Shown here: piece after piece, positions 53,198-64,000 of the stretch
Numbering within the stretch: position 1 is the stretch's first letter
Layout: each line of letters begins with the position of its first letter
From: an uncultured Gemmatimonadales bacterium
GTDB taxonomy: Bacteria; Gemmatimonadota; Gemmatimonadetes; Gemmatimonadales; Gemmatimonadaceae
Length of the DNA: 64,000 nucleotides
Direction: 5' to 3'
Assembly: GCA_963701965.1 (NCBI GenBank)
Contig: OY969695.1
Coordinates: forward strand, 768,001 to 832,000
Notes under the pieces: generated by a model
What the model was told of the DNA's origin: nothing
Databases searched by the model: none
The model's input: the letters and a program-made list of their open reading frames with translations, nothing else
Program-made: the position numbers and the translations under genes

Positions 53198-54046
53198 CAG
53201 TCGTACTGGTAGAAGCCGCGTTTCGTCTTGCGGCCGAGCCATCCCGCCGCGACGTACTTCCGGAGCAACGGACAGGCGCGATACTTGGGATCGCCGAGAC
53301 CGTTCTTGAGCACGTCGAGAATCGACACGCACGTATCGAGCCCGATCAGGTCGGCAAGCGCGAGCGGCCCCATCGGGATGATTCATGCCGAGAGTCATCA
53401 CCGTGTCGATGGCTTCGGGCGTGCCGACGCCTTCCATCACGCAATAGGCCGCTTCATTGATCATGGGCATGAGTACGCGGTTGGCGACGAATCCGGGATA
53501 GTCGCGGACCTCGACCGGCGTCTTGCCCAGCCGCTTCGACAGTCCGATCACCGTGGCTGTCGTCTCATCCGACGTCGCCAACCCGCGGATCACTTCCACG
53601 AGGCGCATCACCGGCACCGGATTCATGAAGTGCATCCCGATCACGCGATCGGGACGGCCGGTGTGGGCCGCGATCTCGGTAATGGAGATCGAGCTGGTGT
53701 TCGACGCCAGGATCGCCCCGGCCGGCGCGATGGTGTCCAGCTCGGAGAACAACTCGAACTTGAGCGCGATGTTCTCGGTCGCGGCCTCGACGACCAGCGC
53801 CGCGTCGTGCGCGGCGCCGAGCTCGGTCGAGACGGCGATCCGCGCCAACGCCGCGTCCCGGGCGTCGGCCGTGATCGTGCCCTTTTTCACTTGCCGCTCG
53901 AGGTTCGCCGTGATCGTCGCCTTTCCCCGGGCGAGTGCTTCGGCCGACACATCGACCATCGTGACGGGGATGTCCGCGACCGCGAACGTGTGGGCGATCC
54001 CGTTGCCCATCTGACCCGCGCCAACCACCAATACCCGGTCAGCCAT
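53197..54046 (-). CDS. hbd: 3-hydroxybutyryl-CoA dehydrogenase (frameshift near 53376)
   Basis: GAGQMG, SNTSS, GMHFMNP. GMNHP continues [11 protein letters not shown]...GFYQYD* in another frame. Confidence 0.9.
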
Positions 54047-54048
54047 GG

Positions 54049-55266
54049 TCAAATACGCTCGACGGTGAGGGCCACGGCATCGCCGCCGCCAAGACACAGC
54101 GTCGCCAAACCGATCGACAGCTTCCGGTTTTTGAGCGCGTACAGAAGCGTGGTCAACACGCGGGCGCCGCTGGCGCCGATCGGGTGACCCAGCGCAATGG
54201 CGCCGCCGTTGACGTTCACGCGACTCCAGTCCCAGCCCAACTCTTGGCCGTCGGCCAGTGCCTGTGAGGCAAACGCCTCGTTGGCTTCGATGAGATCGTA
54301 GTCGCTGATCTTCGTTCCCGCGCGCTTCATGAGCTGGCGCACGGCCATCACTGGCGCGAAAAAGAGCTCCTGGGGCTCGACGGCTCCTGTGCCGTAGCCC
54401 GTGATCTTGGCCATCGGCGTCAAACCGTGTGCGGCGGCATACGCTGCCGACACGACGACGAGCGCTGACGCGCCGTCGTTGAGCGATGACGCGTTGCCCG
54501 CCGTGACGCTCAACTCGGTCGCCGACATCCCGCGGGCATCGGCCGCGAACGCCGGCTTGAGCTTGGCCAGAGACTCGACCGAGGCATCGCCCCGTGGACC
54601 CTCATCGGCGGCGATCGTCGTCGCGCCTTTCTTGCCCGGTACATCCACCGGCACGATCTCATCATTGAACTTGCCCGCGGCCGCGGCGGCCACCGCCCGC
54701 TTGTGCGACTCGACGGCGAACGCGTCCTGCGCCTGGCGCGTGACGTGGGCCTTCTTGGCCGTGTACTCGGCGTGCCCGCCCATGTGCACGTCGCAGAACG
54801 AGCACCACAATCCGTCCTTGATGACGCCGTCCGTCAGCGTCTGATTGCCCAGCTTCACGCCGTTCCGCATCCCATAGTTGTAGTACGGGGCGTTGGACAT
54901 GGACTCCTGACCGCCCGCGACCACGACGTCGGCATCGCCGGCTTTGATGGCCTGCGCCGCGAGCATGACCGCGGCGAGCCCGGAGCCGCACACCTTGTTG
55001 ATGGTCAGCGCCGACACCCCCGCCGGCAGCCCGGCGTGAATGGCCGCCTGCCGCGCGGGGGCTTGGCCCACCCCGCCCTGCACCACGTTGCCGAAGATCA
55101 CGTCGGTGATGTCGGCCTGGTCGAGGCCCGCGCGCTCCACCGCGGCCCGAATGGCCACGGCACCGAGCTGCGGCGCACTGACCGGCGCCAGTCCGCCAAG
55201 AAAACGGCCGATCGGCGTGCGGGCCGCCGACAGGATCACGGGAGTACGATCGTTGATATTGGACAT
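54049..55266 (-). CDS. atoB: Acetyl-CoA C-acetyltransferase (thiolase)
   Basis: KVCGSG, NEAFA, GHPIGASG and CLGGG motifs. Confidence 0.93.
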   Translation of the reverse strand: MSNINDRTPVILSAARTPIGRFLGGLAPVSAPQLGAVAIRAAVERAGLDQADITDVIFGNVVQGGVGQAPARQAAIHAGLPAGVSALTINKVCGSGLAAVMLAAQAIKAGDADVVVAGGQESMSNAPYYNYGMRNGVKLGNQTLTDGVIKDGLWCSFCDVHMGGHAEYTAKKAHVTRQAQDAFAVESHKRAVAAAAAGKFNDEIVPVDVPGKKGATTIAADEGPRGDASVESLAKLKPAFAADARGMSATELSVTAGNASSLNDGASALVVVSAAYAAAHGLTPMAKITGYGTGAVEPQELFFAPVMAVRQLMKRAGTKISDYDLIEANEAFASQALADGQELGWDWSRVNVNGGAIALGHPIGASGARVLTTLLYALKNRKLSIGLATLCLGGGDAVALTVERI

Positions 55267-57204
55267 CTAGTGGCCACCTGCTCGAAGATCGAGCGCGCGC
55301 GTGGCAATCTCATGTCGCACACGCGCGATGAAGTCGTCGACGGAAATAGGCGTCGGGCGCTGCTTCTCTCCTGCCCCACGCACGCTGACTGCGACCGTCC
55401 CGGCCTGCGCTTCGCGCGGACCGATGACGGCGAGATACGGCACCTTTTGCAGATTTGCCTCGCGTAAACGGAACTGCAGGGTCTCGGCCCGCGCGTCGAG
55501 ATGCGAGCGGATTCCCGCCGCGCGCAGACGTTCGTGCACCGTGGTCGCCGACGCGTTCACCTCGTCGGTGAGCGGGAGGACCCGCACTTGCTCCGGCGCG
55601 AGCCAGACCGGGAAGGCACCCGCATAGTGTTCGATCAATCCGCCCACGAACCGCTCCATCGAACCCACGAGCACGCAATGCAGCATCACGGGCCGATGGC
55701 CCGCATTGTCGGACCCCGTGTACTCGAGCTGGAAGCGCTCGGGCAAATTGAAATCGAGTTGCACGGTGGGCCCCTGCCACTCCCGGCCAATGGCATCCAC
55801 CAGCTTGAAGTCCAACTTGGGCCCGTAGAACGCGCCGCCGCCCGCATCGATCCGGAACGCCTGCCCCCGCGACTCCAGCACCGCGGCCAGCCTTTGCTCC
55901 GCCTCGGCCCACACTTCGGGGCTCCCCAGGGATTTCTCCGGACGGGTCGATAGCTCGATGGCGTACGCATACCCGAACGTCGACATCATCTCGTGGACGA
56001 GATCGAGCAGACGGCCGATTTCGCTGTCGACTTGCTCCGGCGTGCAGAAGACGTGGGCATCGTCCTGCGTGAACCCGCGCACCCGCAACATGCCGTGCAG
56101 CACCCCGCTCCGTTCGTACCGGTAGACGGTGCCGAACTCCGCGTAGCGGATCGGCAGGTCGCGGTAGGAACGGGGCTTCGACTGATAGACGGCAATGTGT
56201 CCGGGACAGTTCATGGGCTTTGGACGATAGCCAACCCCGTCGACGTCCATCGCGCTGAACATGTTCTCCTTGAACGTCTGCAGGTGCCCCGAGATCTCGA
56301 AGATCTTCTCGTTATAAATGTGCGGGGTGTAGACGAGGTCGTACCCGTGCCGCAGGACGAGATCGCGCTCGAAGTTCTCGATCTCCATCCGGATCACGGC
56401 ACCCTTGGGATGCCAGAGGATGAGGCCGGGTCCCACCCGGGGATCCGTCGAGAAGAGATCGAGCTGCGCGCCCAGCACGCAATGATCCCGGCGCTTGGCT
56501 TCCTCCAAGCAATGGAGATGCTCGCCCAACGCGGGCTCGGACCAGAAGGCCGTCCCGTATATCCGTTGCAGCATCTGCCGCTTCTCGTCACCGCGCCAAT
56601 ACGCGCCCGCGGTGTGGAGCAGCTTGAAATGCTTGAGGAATCCGGTGTCCGGCACGTGCGGACCGCGACACAAGTCGGTGAAAGGGCCGTCGGTGTAGGT
56701 GGAGATGATCTCATCATCCCCGAGCTCGGCGATCCGTTCGAGCTTGAGCGGATCGTCGGCAAAACGCCGGACGGCGTCCCCTCGCGTCACCTCTTCCCGC
56801 ACGAACGGCAAGCGCTCGGCGACGACGCGCCGCATCTCGGCCTCGAACGCCGCCACGTCCTCGGGGGTGAACGGCTCGCCGACCCCGAAGTCGTAGTAGA
56901 ACCCCTCGTCGATCGCCGGTCCGAACCCGATCTGGGCGTCCGGCTTGAGCCGGCGCACCGCGGTCGCCAGCACGTGGGCGGCCGAGTGCCGCAGCACCGC
57001 CAGCGAGCGCTCATCCTTCTCGGTCAAAACGACGAAAGCGCCGTCCGACCGGAGCGGCGTCATGAGATCCTGGATTTCCCCGTTTACGGCCACGGCGACC
57101 GCCGCCTTGGCCAGGCGGGGGCCGATTGACTCCACGACGACGCGCGGGAGGGTGCCCTCGGGCACCTCCCGGACGCTGCCGTCAGGCAAGGTAAAACGAA
57201 GCAT
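55267..57204 (-). CDS. thrS: Threonine--tRNA ligase
   Basis: TGS domain, RHSAAH, DLCRGPH, KPMNCPGH and GAFYGPK motifs. Confidence 0.97.
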   Translation of the reverse strand: MLRFTLPDGSVREVPEGTLPRVVVESIGPRLAKAAVAVAVNGEIQDLMTPLRSDGAFVVLTEKDERSLAVLRHSAAHVLATAVRRLKPDAQIGFGPAIDEGFYYDFGVGEPFTPEDVAAFEAEMRRVVAERLPFVREEVTRGDAVRRFADDPLKLERIAELGDDEIISTYTDGPFTDLCRGPHVPDTGFLKHFKLLHTAGAYWRGDEKRQMLQRIYGTAFWSEPALGEHLHCLEEAKRRDHCVLGAQLDLFSTDPRVGPGLILWHPKGAVIRMEIENFERDLVLRHGYDLVYTPHIYNEKIFEISGHLQTFKENMFSAMDVDGVGYRPKPMNCPGHIAVYQSKPRSYRDLPIRYAEFGTVYRYERSGVLHGMLRVRGFTQDDAHVFCTPEQVDSEIGRLLDLVHEMMSTFGYAYAIELSTRPEKSLGSPEVWAEAEQRLAAVLESRGQAFRIDAGGGAFYGPKLDFKLVDAIGREWQGPTVQLDFNLPERFQLEYTGSDNAGHRPVMLHCVLVGSMERFVGGLIEHYAGAFPVWLAPEQVRVLPLTDEVNASATTVHERLRAAGIRSHLDARAETLQFRLREANLQKVPYLAVIGPREAQAGTVAVSVRGAGEKQRPTPISVDDFIARVRHEIATRALDLRAGGH

Positions 57205-57229
57205 CCGGGCTGGAGCGGTTGCTACCACA

Positions 57230-57373
57230 CTACTTACCCCCGCCGAGCATCGGCGCGAGTGAGGTTTGATACCGGAAATAGAGAACGACGCCGGCACCGG
57301 CCAGAAGCGCTATGGCAAGCCAGACGCCGTACCGCCAGGGCGGGCGCGATGGCGACCGATTCGGTTCGCTCAC
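57230..57373 (-). CDS. Small single-transmembrane hypothetical protein
   Basis: GTG start, then WRYGVWLAIALLAGAGVVLYFRY. Confidence 0.5.
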   Translation of the reverse strand: MSEPNRSPSRPPWRYGVWLAIALLAGAGVVLYFRYQTSLAPMLGGGK

Positions 57374-57458
57374 AAATTGGCCTTGTTCTTGCCCGCCACA
57401 GACTTGGAAATTAACCGTTGACGTTCGTCCCTCGCCACCGCCTCGCACGGGAGAGTGT

Positions 57459-58103
57459 ATGTCCCGGTACCGAATCCGAGTCAATGATGAAGATGAGGGC
57501 GGCCCGAATGGCCTGCTCCTGCTCACCGCGGGAGCGCTCGCCGGGTTCGCAGCGGGTGTCTATCTCTCTCAACGGTTTGGCGGCATCGCGGGCGTGACGT
57601 CGCGACTCCGCGAGCAGTTCGGCCGTCACACGACCAGCGAACGGGGCGCCGGCAACGGCGACGAATACGAGGGCGAGGAGGAAGACGAACTTGCCGAGCA
57701 CGAGTCATTTGTGAGCGCGAACGAGGAGCTGGAGGAGCGGGTCCTCGAGGCGTTCACGCACGACCCCACGCTCAAGGAGCGGGCCGTCGATATCGGCGCG
57801 GTCGCCGACCGCACCATCGAGCTGACGGGACACGTGTTCAGCACGTTCGAGTCCGAGCACGCGACGACGATCGCCCGTGGCGTACCGGGGGTCGAGACGG
57901 TCGTGAACCGGCTGTCCGTCCGGTCGGATGAGCAGGACGAGACGGACGAAACGGACGTGGAGGCGACGTCCAATGTCGTCCTGGACGAGCATTGGGACGA
58001 TGCGGATGAGCCGCTGTCGGACGCCAATGGTCCGGCCGACCAGGGGCGGCCCAGCTTTTACGAGACCCGCGACCGGGGGACGGAACCCCCACCGCCCGCC
58101 TAG
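57459..58103 (+). CDS. BON domain protein with N-terminal transmembrane helix
   Basis: LEERVLEAF...IELTGHV...ARGVPGVETVVNRL. Confidence 0.85.
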   Translation: MSRYRIRVNDEDEGGPNGLLLLTAGALAGFAAGVYLSQRFGGIAGVTSRLREQFGRHTTSERGAGNGDEYEGEEEDELAEHESFVSANEELEERVLEAFTHDPTLKERAVDIGAVADRTIELTGHVFSTFESEHATTIARGVPGVETVVNRLSVRSDEQDETDETDVEATSNVVLDEHWDDADEPLSDANGPADQGRPSFYETRDRGTEPPPPA

Positions 58104-58125
58104 CCCTGTTGGTTATCTTGCTCGG

Positions 58126-60869
<2,744 letters not shown>

Positions 60870-60873
<4 letters not shown>

Positions 60874-62240
60874 ACCACGCGGTGGCGCGCTGGCTCGTGC
60901 TGGGCGCCGCTACGGCATGCGTGCTGGCCGCATGCGCGTCCCAGCAATTTCCGCCGGGCGGACCGGAGCGGCACGCGCCGCCCAAGCTGATCGAGCTCGT
61001 GCCCGAGACGAACGCGGTCAATGTGAAGACCGACCGCGCCGTGTTCCGGTTCGACGAGGTCGTGAGCGAGCTCCCGGCGGGCGTTCCAAGTCTCGACCAG
61101 CTTTTTCTCGTGTCGCCCAACGAACGCAAGGCGCCGGTCCAGGCCGCCTGGCATCGCGATCACGTCAGTTTGAGTCCAAAGCATGGCTTCCGGCCGAACA
61201 CCGTGTACACGGTCACCATGCTGCCCGGGATGACGGACTTGCGCGGCAACACGGTCAAGAACGGATTCACACTCACGTTCTCCACGGGACCGACGGTCCC
61301 GGAGACGTTCGTGCGCGGGGTCGTCTTCGATTGGGTCAAAGGGCTGACAGCGCCCAAGGCAATAATCGAGGCGTGGGTGCCGCCGGACACCAATACCATC
61401 TGGGTCGCGATCGCCGACAGCAACGGGGTCTTCTCGATGCCCCATGTCCCGCCGGGGCGCTACACGATCCGCGGCTACATCGATCAGAACAACGACCGGA
61501 AGCTCCAGCAGCGCGAGTTGTGGGACTCGGTGGGCGTGACGCTCACGGACAGCGTCAAGGTCGAGTTGTTGACGTTCATCCACGACACGATCGGGCCGCG
61601 GATCTCCGAGGCGCGGGTGATCGACAGCCTGACGTTGCGCCTCACGTTCGACAAAGGGGTCGACGCGAGCCAGAAGATCGGGCCCGAATTGTTCGGGATC
61701 AAAGCCAAGGATTCGACGGCGATCGCCATCGTGAGCGCCGTGTCCGGGCGCGCCTACGACTCCACGCTCGCGGCCCTGCAGCGTGCGCGCGACGACTCGC
61801 TGGTCCGGGCTGATTCCATCAAGCGCGCGGCCGAGGGCGGCGTGGGCCGGGACACCGCGACGACGCGACGGCGCAATGCGTTGCGCCAGGCGCGCCGCGA
61901 TTCGGCGGGCGAGGCCAAGCTCGCCAAGCCGAGCCGGCCCATACCCGAGACGGAAGCGGTGCTGACGGTCAAGACGCCGTTCGCGGCCGGCGCGTTCTAT
62001 CGCATCACGTCGATCGGGCTCCGGAACCTGCTGGGCCATCCGCGCACCGCCTCTCTCGTGCTCAGTACCCCAAAGCCGGACACGACGAAGGCCGACAGCA
62101 CGCGCAAAGGCCGACCGCGGAAGGGCGCCGCGCCAACCCCGCCGACGCCGCGCACGCCGCCGTCAACGCCAACACCGGCGGTACCGCCGCGCGACTCGAC
62201 CCACCCGCCCGCGCCGCCCAAGCGCGACTCGGCACCGTGA
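60870..62240 (+). CDS. Ig-like (Big_5) domain lipoprotein with Pro-rich tail
   Basis: Lipobox VLAAC, PPGGP, TDLRGN and LTFSTG motifs. Confidence 0.8.
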
Positions 62241-63580
62241 CCGACCCGCGCCGCGAGCTGCCTTCGGTCAACACCCTCCTGGAGAGTCCGGCCGTCGGCC
62301 GGCTTGCCGAGCTGGCCCCGCGCGCGCTGCTGGTCGACGCCATCCGCGATGCGGTCGAGCGGGCGCGGCGCGACCCCGGCGCCGTTCCGCGCGGCGAAGA
62401 CGGGTGGGCCGAGGCCATCGGCGCGTGCCTGGCCGCGCGCGCGCGGCCGTCGCTCCGTCCGCTGTACAACGCCACGGGCGTCGTGCTGCACACGAACCTC
62501 GGCCGCGCGCCGCTGGCCCGGGCCGCCGTGGATGCGATCGCCGCGACGGCATCGGGATATACGAACCTGGAGTACGACGTCACCCGCGGACGCCGCGGCT
62601 CGCGCTATGTCCATTGCGTGTCGCTGCTGCGCGAGCTCACGGGCGCCGAGGATGCCATCGTCGTCAACAACTGCGCGGCGGCGCTGGTACTCGTGCTCAA
62701 CACCTTGGCCAATGGCAAGGACGCGGTCGTCTCGCGCGGGGAGTTGATCGAGATCGGCGGCAGTTTCCGCGTGCCCGACATCATGACCAAGAGCGGCGCC
62801 CGCCTGCGCGAGGTGGGGACGACGAACCGCACGCACGTGGCGGACTACTCGGCGGCCCTGACGCCCGAGACGGGCGCGCTGCTCAAAGTGCACCGCAGCA
62901 ACTTCGCCATCGACGGCTTCGTCAGCGAAGCGTCGGTACCCGAGCTGGCGAAGCTGGCCGGCGCGCACGACCTGCCGTTGGTGCACGACTTCGGCAGCGG
63001 TCTCATGGTCTCGTTGGAAGCGTATGGGCTGGGTGGAGAGCCCACGGCCCGCCAGCTGGTGCGCGACGGCGCGACCGTCGTCACCATGAGCGGCGACAAA
63101 CTCCTCGGCGGCCCGCAGGCTGGACTCATCGTGGGTCGCGCCGGCGCCATCGACGCCGCGCGGCGCAATCCCCTGGCCCGCGCGCTCCGCGTCGACAAGC
63201 TGACGTTGGCGGCGCTCGAAGCGACGCTCGCGCTCTATCGTGATCCGGCACTCGCCGTGCGGACGATTCCGACCCTCGCCATGCTCACGACCCCGCTGGC
63301 CGCGGTGCGCGCCCGGGTCGAAGCGCTTCGGGCCCGATTGGGCGTGGGCGGCGTGGTCGCCTCCGAAGGCGCCGTCGGCGGCGGCGCCTTCCCCACGGCG
63401 CGCATTGCGTCGGCCGCGCTGTCGTTGCCCGACGCCGAGTCCACGGAACGGCGCTTGCGACTTGGGCTTCCGGGCGTCATCGGTCGCATCGCCGACGGAC
63501 GGTGCCTGCTCGACCTGCGTTCCGTGCCCGAGGCCGACGACGACGGCTTCGCGACCTCGGTCGCGCGAGCGCTGGCGTGA
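62237..63580 (+). CDS. selA: L-seryl-tRNA(Sec) selenium transferase
   Basis: NATGVVLHTNLGRA, EIGGSFR, GTTNRT and SGDKLLGGPQAG motifs. Confidence 0.95.
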   Translation: MTDPRRELPSVNTLLESPAVGRLAELAPRALLVDAIRDAVERARRDPGAVPRGEDGWAEAIGACLAARARPSLRPLYNATGVVLHTNLGRAPLARAAVDAIAATASGYTNLEYDVTRGRRGSRYVHCVSLLRELTGAEDAIVVNNCAAALVLVLNTLANGKDAVVSRGELIEIGGSFRVPDIMTKSGARLREVGTTNRTHVADYSAALTPETGALLKVHRSNFAIDGFVSEASVPELAKLAGAHDLPLVHDFGSGLMVSLEAYGLGGEPTARQLVRDGATVVTMSGDKLLGGPQAGLIVGRAGAIDAARRNPLARALRVDKLTLAALEATLALYRDPALAVRTIPTLAMLTTPLAAVRARVEALRARLGVGGVVASEGAVGGGAFPTARIASAALSLPDAESTERRLRLGLPGVIGRIADGRCLLDLRSVPEADDDGFATSVARALA

Positions 63581-64000
63581 CGGCACTCCGCCCCGTCGTG
63601 TTCCTGGACCGCGACGGTACCGTGATCCATGACGAGCACTATCTCGCCGATCCCGCCCGGGTGACCCTCGTCGACGGCGCACCGGCCGCGATCGCCCGCC
63701 TGCGCGCGCACGGCTTCGCCGTGGTCATCGTCACCAACCAATCCGGTATCGCCCGCGGCCTCATCACGCCGGGGCAGTACGACGCGGTGCGCCAGCGCCT
63801 CGATGCGCTGCTCGCCGCCGCCGGCACTGCCGTCGACGCGACGTACCTGTGCCCGCACCACCCGGATGTCGGTGGGCCTTGCGACTGTCGGAAGCCCGGA
63901 CCGGCCCTCTACCGGCGGGCCATCGCCGACCTCGGGCTCAATGCCGCGCGGCCGGCGTTCATCGGCGACCGTTGGTCGGATGTCGCCGCCGCCGAGTCGT
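63577..64000 (+). CDS. gmhB: HAD-family heptose-bisphosphate phosphatase (runs off the right edge)
   Basis: Manual translation gives FLDRDGT...VTNQSGIARG...CPHHP...CDCRKPG...IGDRWSD. Confidence 0.88.
   Translation, partial: MTALRPVVFLDRDGTVIHDEHYLADPARVTLVDGAPAAIARLRAHGFAVVIVTNQSGIARGLITPGQYDAVRQRLDALLAAAGTAVDATYLCPHHPDVGGPCDCRKPGPALYRRAIADLGLNAARPAFIGDRWSDVAAAES

Noticed and set aside
52040..54097. 685-aa hbd/acyl-CoA dehydrogenase fusion
   Set aside because: There is an extra base near 53376. The normal Hbd C-terminus and stop are present in another frame, overlapping the ATG at 53197.
55267..57204. TGC reassigned to Arg (alternative genetic code)
   Set aside because: TGC encodes genuine Cys in the thiolase catalytic motif KVCGSG and in ThrS HVFC.
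62237..63580. selA as a sign of a local selenoprotein system
   Set aside because: No selB, selC or selD and no in-frame TGA candidate was seen in the window. selA is embedded in a housekeeping operon.

Overview
High-GC bacterial chromosome window. The gene order and protein content resemble Gemmatimonadota, which is inferred and not database-checked. There are four zones. (1) 1-10.98 kb is the right part of an integrative island anchored at an elongator tRNA-Met. It holds a tyrosine integrase, an excisionase-like gene, an IS21, a nested IS3-in-IS3 stack, a tRNA-Ser(GGA) 3'-half remnant, and HEPN-like and immunity-like small genes. (2) 11-29.5 kb is an accessory metabolic and envelope block, opened by an unannotated structured RNA with two tRNA T-arms and an attenuator-like leader. 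(3) 29.53-45.31 kb is a complete ~15.8-kb island in initiator tRNA-fMet, bounded by an 89-bp direct repeat. It carries an AddAB-like helicase-nuclease pair with 4-Cys nuclease domains in both subunits, a J-domain protein, an IS21 remnant, a DUF1778/GNAT toxin-antitoxin pair and an integrase whose ORF reads through the att site. (4) 45.35-64 kb is core housekeeping: ftsB, eno, plsC, thiL, nnr, glyA, acyl-CoA dehydrogenase, hbd, thiolase, thrS, a BON protein, valS, selA and gmhB. Single-base frameshifts and C>T-type changes occur even in core genes, so many apparent pseudogenes may be assembly errors.
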